NCBI RefSeq assembly: GCF_024521635.1
Contig: NW_026250418.1
Location: forward strand, 372,001 to 436,000
Direction of reading: 5' to 3'
Source of the DNA: Tricharina praecox
Taxonomy: Eukaryota
DNA: 64,000 nucleotides
The notes beneath the pieces are model-generated. The model ran no database searches. It was not told the origin of the DNA and worked only from the letters and a program-made list of their open reading frames with translations. Position numbers and translations under genes: made by a program. Positions 53,548-64,000 of the stretch are shown piece by piece. Position 1 is the stretch's first letter. Each line of letters opens with the position of its first letter.

Positions 53548-53907
53548 ATGAGCAACCAACTCAGCATCACCATCGACACTATGAGCAGCGACGACGAAGG
53601 TAGCAGCAACAGCAGCAACAGCAGCAGCGCCAGCAGCAGCAACAGCAGCAGCAACAGCAGCGCCAACAGCAGTAGCAGCGGTAGTGTCGACACGATTGTC
53701 GACAAGCAGCAGCCTCCAGCTCCACTTCCGCCGTCGCCGTCTACCTCAATACCAGAATGGGTCTCGACTTACTTCACCAGTGATCCGAGCACCGACAAGC
53801 TAGTGTTATATATCTGCAAGGTGTGCGGCGCGGTCGCCACGAAGATGGGTGTCGCTCGGCATCTGGAGCGGTGGCACGGCATCAAGTGCGAGCCCGTGAG
53901 GTTCTGA
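53548..53907 (+). CDS. Small Ser-rich ORF with a C-terminal BED/C2H2-like zinc finger (orphan gene or relic)
   Basis: EWVSTYF...YICKVC-x11-HLERWH (C-x2-C-x11-H-x4-H). N-terminus is built from a 33-bp tandem duplication and (AGC)n. Confidence 0.45.
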   Translation: MSNQLSITIDTMSSDDEGSSNSSNSSSASSSNSSSNSSANSSSSGSVDTIVDKQQPPAPLPPSPSTSIPEWVSTYFTSDPSTDKLVLYICKVCGAVATKMGVARHLERWHGIKCEPVRF

Positions 53908-55282
53908 GGCGAGGAAGGGCGGGGGATCGGGGGTCGGGTGGATGGGGATTGGCTGTTGTTAATCCTATCGCTACGGCATAAAAAATGATGATGATGATGA
54001 AGGCGTAACGATGCTTCCGGCACAAGAATGCATTCCTACTCAGACTCATGCTCGATTCTTTTGACGTTCGTGAGTGTGTACGGTACTTGGCTAAGCTGCC
54101 TGTGTGTTTTCTAAGTGGTAGACTCTCCCTTAGGAAGGATGCGGGGCGTGGTCAATTCCACCTGGTAAGTGCCCCCCCACGATGCATACACGATACTTAC
54201 TCTATTGCACGAACGTTTCCTGCCCACCCCAACCGACCGTGCCGCCTTCCCTTTCGCCTACCTACCAACCTACCTACATAGCAGCAAACCACGAGCTCAT
54301 GCGATCGAGATTCGTGAGATTGAACTCTGAAGTCTGGCCTGCACATGCGTTCTGTGAATAGCTACATACTTTGCTGGGTAGCGAATTGGGTGCCTAGCTA
54401 TGTAGCATCCTTGTTCCGTCCATGGGTCCTTGAATGTGGAGAACCTTCGTCATTTTACGGTTTTTACCCCGGATTTCAGATTTCGCGCTTGCGGGGAAGC
54501 TGGGATGGGCAAGTCATCGGGTAGGGTGGGGAAGTCATCAGACGGGCGAATTCATCGCCCATCGTCGTCGACGCCGGCCGTGAGGGTTTCCTGGATTACT
54601 AGTACATAGTCGACGCGATTTTGGTAGGGGGATACATCATGATCTACAGGAGGCTGCGGAGCGGATTCATACTCGCGAGTGGGATTGATCGACATCTCTA
54701 GTCGCGGCTGGGCGCTGCAGCCTGCAGATCATGACGAGCACCCTCACCACTGCGGGTAGGGTGCTTATGTAGAGTACCCCGGCTGACGGGACGTTACTGC
54801 ACATACATACCCTGAGGGATTATCGAGCGAGATCTTGAGATTTGGGGGGAGGGATGAGCACACCCACCTAGCTTCCACTGCTCGTTTCTCTACCACTCAC
54901 CGTGGGAAGATCACTCTTCGGAGGGGATTGCCGGTGGGATTCGTGACCGATGCGTGGTGGGCTCGGAGGTTTAATGCGAGCTCGATCGACTGTGCGACGA
55001 GATGGCGAGTCGAGGCGGTTAAAAGGTGTGCGACTGCTGACCCAAGATGTCACCGCTATATATGCGTAGGCGGAGTGAGATGCGGAATCTCCGCCCGCCC
55101 CCAAGGCGTCGGAGTAACGTGGGCGTGAGGCATGCGGGGGTGGGTGGGTAGGGGGGTAGCCAACTACCTACGTGAGGGAGGTGTTCGATCGAGTGATCCG
55201 TACCGTGGGAACTGGGCTTCGCCGGCGTTTGGCTGATGGATGATGTGGGATCGGCTTTTGGGATTTTCGCATGGCGTCAGGG

Positions 55283-55470
55283 CTCACGAGGTGGGCCCGA
55301 CTGGATGAAAGTAGGCAGGAAATTGGATGGAAGAGGGTTCACGTATAATGCAGCCCATTCATGCGTCACGACTCACAAGGTGGTCCCGATTCGATGGGAA
55401 GTAGGCAAAAAAAAACTGGGTGGAAGAGGGCTCAAGTTGAACGCAGTCCATTCATGCGCCACGGCTCATG
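55283..55470. repeat. Degenerate ~90-bp tandem duplication
   Basis: CTCACGAGGTGGGCCCGA...AAGTAGGCA...TGGAAGAGGG...CCATTCATGCG occurs twice in tandem. Confidence 0.75.
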
Positions 55471-56039
55471 AGGTTAATCACCAGAGGGATTTGCATAGAG
55501 AGGCCCCTATGGTGATGCTCTGGGATACCGGTACTTCGGTGGTTCGGGGCAAAAGATGGCCCTTCAAGTTCCTTGGTGCTTCGCGACGTCAGAAAACCGC
55601 AGAAGCTAAGCAAGCAAATAAGTGCACGCATCGGAATGGAAGCTGGAGACTGTCACAGACGATCATCCAGTGTAAACGCTGCTGGGCTGCCTACTCCGGG
55701 GTAAATGGACGTCCGGCGAGACGATAGGCAAAGGTGTGAGTAGTAAGCAATACAGCGATAAATCGAAGAAGCTTAGAATTGCGGAGGTCCCTATTGAGAG
55801 CTTTTGGGTGTCTCGAACGGAATGGGGGCGATTGGTTGCTCCCGCAGGTGGAGTCAATGGATGCGAGTGATCCCAAGATTTTCTACACGCTTACTACCAA
55901 CCCTTCGTTCGAATCCAACAGGAGGCTGCAGTGGCCACTGTTAGAAGTCTAAAACCTTCGACTGTTAGAGAATATATCCATATCCACATGTAGAGAGCAC
56001 TGGGAGAATGCAATGGCAGCAAGGTAGCATACCTAAGTA

Positions 56040-56182
56040 CTGTATAGTGAAGGGGAGGGTAAAAAATACGCTTTGTGACCGTACCGATACGGAAAAAGGC
56101 GTATCGATACGGTGAAAATACGTATTTTGACCGCACCGATACGCCAAAAAGCGTAGTTTTTACCCCCCCCTTCACTATACAG
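56040..56182. mobile_element. 143-bp MITE with TA target duplication
   Basis: ~35-bp TIRs: left CTGTATAGTGAAGGGGAGGGTAAAAAATACGCTTT, right end AAAAGCGTAGTTTTTAC(C)nTTCACTATACAG. TA at 56038-39 and 56183-84. Internal inverted repeat CCGTACCGATACG/CGTATCGATACGG. Confidence 0.88.
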
Positions 56183-58843
56183 TAGGTACGTGATATTTCC
56201 TGGTGGTTTCTTCGGGAACCTATCGGGTGAACAGAGTATTCTACGGTATAGTAGATTAGACGGTTGACTTCGGACGTAACGATGGGCGTTGGCGGTCAGT
56301 GGTTTGTGTATAGGTAGTACCAGGTTGCCCCATGGTTGTTCACTCGAACATGAATCTTAAAACACCGTCACATAAAGATACAAGGAGCCCGTAGAGTACA
56401 CGACGACAGCTGCCATTGGAAGGAAAGGGTTATCAACTATCCATAGAGTTCCTCGCCTCCAATTACCACGGCGATTGGCCGGACTTTTTCCCACATCGAG
56501 AGTCCAGCTTTTATTATGCTATGTGAGTGACAATATGTGACGCCGCGCAACACGACGTAATCCCTCAACACATACGAAATCAGCTGTCGAGAGAGACGTT
56601 CACAGCTCTGTAATGAGAGAAAGGAAGGCTTTTGATGCGGATAACTCCTAGCCTATCCAGTCATTCGTACGGTGCTCACGGCCATCGATGGTGCTGGCAG
56701 TGGAGGACGGTGCGGGGTGGTTCACGGAGGCCTTTCGGAAGGTCTCGATAACTACACGGTGGCCCGGAGCCCACCAGCCTAACCATACTGAAGAACATCA
56801 TTATTACCGGGCTGCCCATATCTCCCTTATACCTTTTTGTTTTCCTTTTTCTCCCATCATAACACATTATTGTACCCAGAGCTCATCGCCTTTACCTTTA
56901 TTACTGCCTTCTTTAGCCAGGTGGATTAGTCCGGAGACCACAGAGTTCATCGATACCACCGCCCTGGCTGCGGAGGTCAATTTTACACCCCTCCTCCTGC
57001 TGATGTTGATAAAGCAATGGTTTGGTTTTCCGTCAGTGGCTTGCTCCAGGCGAAGACGCCGAATGATGGCACTTTACGCACCAATCTAGGTATCCCTTGG
57101 TCGGGCGAATACATTCACGGAAAATGTGTACTCTATCTTGTATTATTTAGTGCTGATGAACGCGGAGGCAGAGGTGACTTGTCGTCACCGGTGAGACCAA
57201 CTGTTGAAGAAGCGGGGCCTTGTCGGGACCTGGTGAGACCAAGTGTTATAGGAGAGATCCAATGCGGTCGTTCAACGTTTGAATATTTCTGCTGTCACTG
57301 TTTCTGTTCGTCCGTCTCGTCTTGTTTTCTTATCATCATCTTCTTCAATTGATCACGTTTTTTTCCTCACCCTTTTTTGGGTCTCTCGGTGCGCATGAGC
57401 TAGAGCTAAGTAGCCTAGTATTGCTTTGAAGAGCAACATCATCTCATGGGATGCTCAAACATAGCCATCAGATCCAACTATCATGTCTGCCAAACAAGCC
57501 CACATACCAGTCACAGAGATATCCCCCGACACTCAGAAGAACCCGAGATTAGAAGCACCAGAGACTTTCCCTCCGTTGCATTATCACAAACCAAAACATA
57601 TCGGTCCGCCAAGAGTTCCCGAAGGGACAGAACTGTCTCCACAGGCCATTTTCTCGCTCTACTAGGTGCTGGAGTGACAAGATCCTTTAGCGGATCGTCG
57701 ATGCCACTAATATTTACGCGAAGCCAATGTGGAACCCACTACCTTCTGGGCTTGTTCGTCTCCGCGAGTAGAAACCGTTGTCCATCAGAGAACTACGGTG
57801 CTTTCTGAGCACGACAATCCCCATGGGAGTCGCCAAGTTGCCGCAACTTCACCATTGCTGGTCTCGAGCCTTCGTCGATTTTTCAAACGTAACGCTCTCG
57901 CTCAACTATATGAGCAGATCAGACGGTACCTCCATATCTCGAGTCTGCCCACCGATTCGAGGACCATTGCATCCAGGTCGGACGAACTGGTCACAAAGGC
58001 TCAAACCGCTATCCTCGCACCCACGAAGACTTTCTCGGCGTGATTGAAAGTACATAAGCACTGCCTATTGCACGATACAACTGTTCCATGTATCCGCTGG
58101 ACCAAGGGATACCGGTAGCAGAAGCCCTACATAGAAGTTAGTAAAGGAGCTTTTCCCAAGCTGTTACGGAAAGTCTCGGAACAAGGTGCGGCCGTCGGCT
58201 TTGCCCTGCGCGGTAAGGGGAATTTCACTTTCGCAGAAGCCGTAGACTTCTCAGGGATTGCTACCGTCGTAGTTATCGATCAGGCCAGAGGTCGGGCGTT
58301 CGACATACTTCGGTCAGCGCCCGCGCATGACAGCGAGAGGTTAGGGATCGGGTGTTACAGAATTCGGATGGAATGGAAAAATATTGTGGTTTTTAGAGGA
58401 GAGAATGGGGATTGGGCGGATTGGCATGTTGGGGGTTGGAGGGAATGGGGAAGTTTGTGGTTTGATTGCAATTTGCGGCTGGGTTCTGGTCAAGTGGTTC
58501 TGGCTTTTAATTCTGATTGTATACGGATTTGTATAGGATAAGGAGTGAGTTCTGGTCAGTTATGCTGCGGGAATATACTTCTCGACGAGATATGACATGA
58601 AGGAGCTTCCTATCATATTCTATGAAGAGCTTAGCTTTGTGTCTCACTATTGTAAGGCAGCTTAAACGTGACCAATAGAAATACATAGTGCATACGCTCC
58701 GATCGACGTCACCCTGCGTCACTGGGACAGAGCATCACTCATCGTGAATCGACACTACAAACTGAATCTACCATATCTCGAGCTCGCCATGAAGAATTAA
58801 ACATCTCCGTCAACTCTTTCAGTCCTTCACATTACCGCCTAAC

Positions 58844-61164
58844 ATGACTTCCTCCGGCCCCTCAGGTTCAGTGCCTGACCAACGCCGCCACTACCCGATA
58901 GTCGAAGCCTCCAAAATCGCCGCAAGGCCCACGCCAGATGCCGACCCACGCACCTTCGAGCTCTCACAGCTCCAGCGCCGCTTCAACCTCTCCTCCACTT
59001 CAGGGACAACCTTTACCCTCTCGCTTAAGCCCTCGGATCCCGATTTCGTCTACTCAATCAACGTCCTAAAACTTCGCTTGATCGTCCCCGCCTCCTACCG
59101 CGAACCGTCACTCCCGAATCCCCCTCTTCCGAGTATCGAAGTTCTAAACCCCGAGATTCCGCTAGGCTACCGCGTAAATGTCGAGCGGGGATTTACCGAG
59201 CTGGCGGAGAGGAGACGCACGGCGACACTGCTGCAGCTCATGAATGCGCTCGATCGAGGCCTCGAAGCCATGCTCTCCGAAGAGAAGGCGGTGACGTTGA
59301 AGATTGTTCCGAATTTTTCGCCGGCAGTTACACCCCCGCCATCATCTCCTCAGACACCGCGGCCTCCACTGGTGGAAAAGAAAGCTGAGGTGGATGTGAG
59401 AAAACAAATACCCTCGCCGGTCAGTGCCGAGCGCCGCGCAGCAGCAAAAGCGAGGCGTGACACGGAAACGCGACAGCTCGAAGCGCGACTAAAGCTCTCC
59501 GATGTATTCTCCAAGTCTGCGGATGGGATCGAGTACATCGTTCCACTTGAGTCGCGGCGGAAGGACTTACTCCCCGTACCGCTGCTTCCGATACGGAGCG
59601 TACGGCTTGTTGTGCCTATGGGATACGATCTTCAACCAGCGAGGATCGAACTCGTTGGCGTGCCCGACGGGATTAAAGAGAGAATCCAGAACTGCTTTAC
59701 CGAGTTTGTCGAGGAGAATATGAATGTGAGCTTGACCGCGGCGGTGAATATTTTGGCTGTCAGGCTGCACATTTGGGCCGCAGAGAAGAAAGAGAAAGTT
59801 CCGGCGAGAAAGAAACTAGAGAAAGAGGCAGAGGAAGTGGCCACAAGAGAAGCAGAGGCCAAAGCAGAGGCCGAAGCAGAGGCCACAACAGAGGAAGAGG
59901 GGCTACCGACCGCACCTAAAGACCCCCTGACTAAAACCCATATCAAAGTGATCCCTCGCCCACCAGAGTGGTCATTCCCCGACGGCGGGGACGATGACGA
60001 GGACTCCGACGACTACTCGGACTTGAAAGACTCATCCGGCGATGAGCATGCGGCTGAGGACCACACCGCCGCAACTGCGGATGATGTTCCACATGCTGCT
60101 CAAGAACGTGGCACTTCATTGTCATGTCCTGGGATCCAGATGTCCGGTGTGGAGCTGCTTGAGGTGCTGAAGTTGAATGTCAACATCAAATGTACTAAGT
60201 GCAAGCAGGAACGGGAGACGTTGAATCTGCTAGGAACACCCCCGGGAATGGTGGGGAAGCCCCAAGCGTTCAGGTGTGAGAAATGTTCGGAGATCATGGG
60301 AATTGGTAAGCTTCCCCCCTCTCCAGCCACAGCAGTTGGAAGCTCACAATACCTCTGCAGGTTTCCGGAAGGATTTCATCCACCAGAATTCGCACCGCCT
60401 TGGTTTCTTCGACCTGGACGGCTGCACCGTCGCCGAGATTCTCCCCAGCTCCTTCACCCCACAATGTATCTGTTCGACGCCGTTGCCAGCGCCCGGAATG
60501 AAGGACATCGTGCGTGGGCAGAGCGTTTCGGCCAACTGTCGAGAATGCTACCGGAAAATGAGTTCGTTCACCTTGTCCGGCATGCATACTATATAGCTGC
60601 TAACGAATGTAGGCCTCTATATTCCCGAATTCAAGCTCCTGAGGATTACGCAGAACGATAAACGTATGTCTCCCGTCCTCCAGTCCAACTGCGTCTAACA
60701 TGACTCCTCCCAGTCGGCCTCCAACAAATCCCCCTCAAGGCCAAAACCGACAAAGCGCGATATATAGCCGGCACCGAGCTTCCTCACAAAGGCCGGTGCA
60801 AGCACTACCGCAAGAGCACACGCTGGTTCCGGTTCTCGTGCTGCAGCAAGGTCTTTCCATGCGACAAATGCCACGACGAAGCAGAAAAGCACAAATCCGA
60901 ACATGCCAACCGAATGATCTGCGGTCTCTGCTCGAGGGAACAGAATTACCGTCCAGATGAATGTAGATTCTGCGGGAATGCCTTCCTTTCGAAGAAGTTG
61001 TCACATTACTGGGAGGGAGGGAAGGGGACGAGGGATAAACGGTATGTCTTTCCCGGAGGAATCATAGTGTCTATCGCGCAGTGGCTGATTGACATATCAA
61101 CAGGTTGATGAGTCGCAATGACCCACGGAAATACAAACGTCTGGGCAAAAAGCCTGAGGAGTAG
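58844..61164 (+). CDS. CHY zinc-finger protein with N-terminal RWD/UBC-like repeats
   Basis: Repeated L.VP..Y...P.IE motifs and internal CxxC pairs (CTKC, CEKC, CREC). CHY: GRCKHYRKSTRWFRFSCCSKVFPCDKCHDEAEKH...NRMICGLCSREQ...C.FC, HYWEGGKGTRDK-(intron)-LMSRNDPRKYKR. Four GT-AG introns. Confidence 0.9.
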
Positions 61165-61195
61165 ATAGTCATCCGTAGCAATCGATCCTGATTCC

Positions 61196-62217
61196 CTATC
61201 CCCACAGTTTTCCTATAACCTTCCATGCAATACTATTGTATGCATCCGTCAGTGGTCCATCTCTGGCCACAACCGTAGGCTTTCCCCGATCTGCATCTTC
61301 ACAGATGCTCGCATCCAACGGGATATCACCCAGTAGTTCTAGCTCGTGCTTTTGGCATTCCCGTGCAACTCCCTCGCTACCGAATATGTGTGTGGTGTGG
61401 CTGCAATTAGGACAGGTGAATACGCTCATGTTTTGGACCATTCCTAGGATCTGTGCGCGTGAGTGCTGGTGAAATGGGGAAGAAGAAGTGGGGGATGGTA
61501 TACTGGAACATCGACTTTCTTGAACATATTCACGCCCTTTACGGCATCGATCAACGCAATGTCCTGCGGGGTGGACACGATCACCGCGCCTTCGCCCAAC
61601 CATCAGCCCAGCCATCCCCTCCCCTTGGTCCCCCAGCAGAAAGAAGACTCACCATCGACAACAACCTGCTGCACAACGCTCAGTTGAACATCACCGGTGC
61701 CCGGCGGCAGATCGAGGACGAGCACATCCAGCTCGCCCCACTCGACCTCATGAAGCAGCTGCTGCAGCGCCTTCATGACCATCAAGCCGCGCCAGACGAC
61801 CGCCTTCTCCTCGCCGACCAGATATCCGATGCTCATGCTCTTGACGCCATAGTTCTCCATGGGGACAAGTCTTCCCTTGTTGGTCAACCGGGGCTCGCCC
61901 GCTTCCGACAGGTTCAGCAGTCGCGGGACCGACGGCCCGAAGATGTCCGTGTCGAGCAGCCCGGTCCGGCGCCCCTGCCGCGCGAGCGACAGACTGAGGT
62001 TGACGGCGAGCGTGGATTTTCCTACGCCGCCCTTGGCGCTGGACACGGCGATGATCTTGGAGATCCCCGGGAGGCGCCGGGGCTTGGGCGGTGCGTGTTG
62101 CGCCCGCGGGAAGAATTTGGGGCCCGACGAGGAGTGCGGGAGGCCGAGCGGGTTTTCGTGGTGGGAGACGGCGGAGGTGGTGAAGCGCCGGAGCGCGGAG
62201 AGGTGGGGAGGCCGCAT
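61196..62217 (-). CDS. IND1: Mitochondrial Mrp/NBP35-family Fe-S cluster carrier ATPase Ind1 (NUBPL)
   Basis: Presequence-like N-terminus, [94 protein letters not shown]. Two introns. Confidence 0.95.
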
Positions 62218-62588
62218 TTTAGTGGGGCAGGTGGTGGGACGGACAGTGGTGGGGTTGTGGCCGGCTGAGGTGACGTATAGACAATCGGGATGAGCCTATG
62301 CAGGTTATTCCGCAAGCTGATCGATGCTGCAGAACCGGCGACAACTTGCATGGGAGGGATCATCGGAACCCCACAAAAGTAGTCTATATACTCTACATAC
62401 ACCCCCGCATTTAGCGTTCATCCCATCTGACATCCGCAACCATATCTCCATCCCCCCACCATCTTCCACCACGACCACCCAGCGATAATCACAATGTCTG
62501 AAGAACTCTCCACCCAACCCGTAACTACCCCACTTTTACCTGCCCGTAGCTCTGCGTATCTAACCCCCACCTTCAGCCGCCGCCGCCC
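62218..62588. promoter_or_regulatory. Divergent promoter region between IND1 and the RGG-rich gene
   Basis: ~370 bp between head-to-head ATGs; TATATA at ~62385. Confidence 0.5.
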
Positions 62589-63598
62589 ATGCCCGAGTAC
62601 GAAGACCTCGACGACTTTGCGCAAACGCGCGGCGCCGACGATCTCTTCGAGTCCGAGATCCAGCCTATCGCGCACCCATCACCGCCACCCCCGTCCGCGC
62701 CCTCGGCACCCCGTAACCCACGGCACCCACACACGCCCGCGGCCACCAGCGCCGAGCGCACGCTCTCCGGCGGCATCAAAAAGCCAAAACTTACGGAGGA
62801 TGAGCTCGCCGCGCGAATGGAGCGCGTGCGACTTAATAATGCACGGCTGACGGAGCGCGCACAAAAGGCGGCGGACGATCAGACGTCGTATCAGGTGCTG
62901 GAGGAGCAGAGGAAGACGCAGGATTCGGCGAGGCGCGCGAGGGAGGGCAGGATGAGGGTCGAGGAGATGAAGAATCGGAAGGAGATTGAGTATGCATCAC
63001 CGCTCTATGGGAGGTGGAAAGTGTGCAGGCTAATATGTGGGGCAACAGTGATGAACGAGAGCGGAACCGTGCGCGGAAGATGAAGGCTGTTCAAACGAGG
63101 GAGTGGGATAGCGAGAAGAAGGAGGAGGACTATAACCCGCGTGGACCAGGCTCGCAGTTCCGTCGTGGTGTGAACGGAGGAATCACCCCCGCCCCAGAAT
63201 CATCTGCGCATGGCAACAACTGGGATTCAAGAAGGAACGACGAGAGCCGCCCTCGTGGCAGCTATGAATCCCGCGGTAGCTATGATTCCCGCGGTGGCCG
63301 CGGTGGCCGCGGTGGTAGAGGAGGCAGAGAGGGACGAGGGGGGAGAGGTGATCTTTTTTCTTCCGCCTACGCACCCACCGACGCCGACACCAAACAATCC
63401 GCCGCGCCAGCTGCTGCGACAGCGAAACCAACGCCACCAGTCGAAGATAAAAGCCAGTGGCCAGACCTCCCCGGGACTACCGACAAGGAGAAGAAGATTA
63501 TTGCTGCGTTGCCGATGGCTTCGCCTGCACTGGGGTCCTGGGCGGATCAGGTTGAGGCCGGTAGTCCGGCCACTCCTACTGCTGCGCCGGGATCGTGA
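62589..63598 (+). CDS. Conserved fungal hypothetical protein with a coiled coil and RGG repeats (putative RNA-binding)
   Basis: DDLFE, KLTEDELAARMERVRLNNA, intron ~62990-63049 (GTATGC..CTAAT..CAG), ERERNRARKMKAVQTREWDSEK, RGGRGGRGG, WPDLP, SWADQVE. Confidence 0.85.
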
Positions 63599-63968
63599 TT
63601 GTGACGTGAATGGGTAATGTTTGTTATGGATTGTATGTACGGTGGTAGGGGAGTTCAGGGTCGGTTGTTTTTCTTGTTGCTGCTCTTATTGCTGCTCTTG
63701 CATTGATGATGACATCTTTGTACTGGATTTGAATGGTATGGTCAGTTGTTTTCCTTTGAGAGCGAGTAACGGATTTCCCATTTGGAGTAATACAGGTGCC
63801 CTTTCTCTCTGAATGTTCCTCGTGAGCTCTGTCATCCTTCTTATTAGGGCGGCTGGGTATGTACCAACCGACGTCAGGAAACCGCGGGTCGTTACAGCTA
63901 TAATACAGTAGAAGATGGCGTTAAAAATGAAGGTGCTGGTGGGTACAGTCTGACCTGACGCCGTTCCT

Positions 63969-64000
63969 TCACCAGCCGCCTCCACCACCACCACGGTATC
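63969..64000 (-). CDS. Possible C-terminus of a gene entering from the right edge (...YRGGGGGGW*)
   Basis: Only ~10 codons are visible. A Gly-rich tail ends in TGA, followed by UTR-like sequence. Confidence 0.3.
   Translation of the reverse strand, partial: YRGGGGGGW

Noticed and set aside
57440..58350. Coding-like plus-strand fragments
   Set aside because: Short broken ORFs with no identifiable motif.
61453..62268. 271-aa plus-strand ORF
   Set aside because: Antisense shadow of the GC-rich IND1 CDS.
1..64000. Telomerase RNA, snRNAs, 5S rRNA, tRNAs, TPP riboswitch, secondary-metabolite cluster
   Set aside because: Diagnostic motifs (e.g. TAACCCTAA template, U1/U2/U5/U6 cores, PKS/NRPS domains) were not seen by eye. 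An Rfam/tRNAscan run would be decisive.

Overview
Eukaryotic, intron-containing DNA from a filamentous ascomycete. Pezizomycetes/Pyronemataceae-like is my inference from gene style and the LINE relic. Recognisable genes: a Ufd4/TRIP12 HECT E3 ligase, a D-arabinitol-2-dehydrogenase-like SDR, a Ysc84/Lsb3 SYLF-SH3 protein, a conserved fungal hypothetical protein head-to-head with a CWC16/Saf4 (CCDC130) splicing factor, a DUF1752+DUF3295 regulator, an RWD-like/CHY zinc-finger protein, Ind1 (NUBPL) and an RGG-rich hypothetical protein. Mobile DNA: four TA-flanked MITEs (two are near-identical ~645-bp copies 50 kb apart), one MITE with a 9-bp flanking direct repeat, and a 5'-truncated Tad1-like LINE. 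The most unusual non-genic signal is a ~20-kb gene desert upstream of the DUF3295 gene. It is saturated with microsatellites and with a dispersed octamer TACTCTAC/GTAGAGTA (about 28 loci counted by eye). Also notable: an old ~1.2-1.6-kb duplication of that gene's 3' flank next to an orphan BED-like zinc-finger ORF, and a structured ~150-nt candidate ncRNA at 16.35-16.49 kb. I cannot prove a novel multi-gene system from sequence alone.
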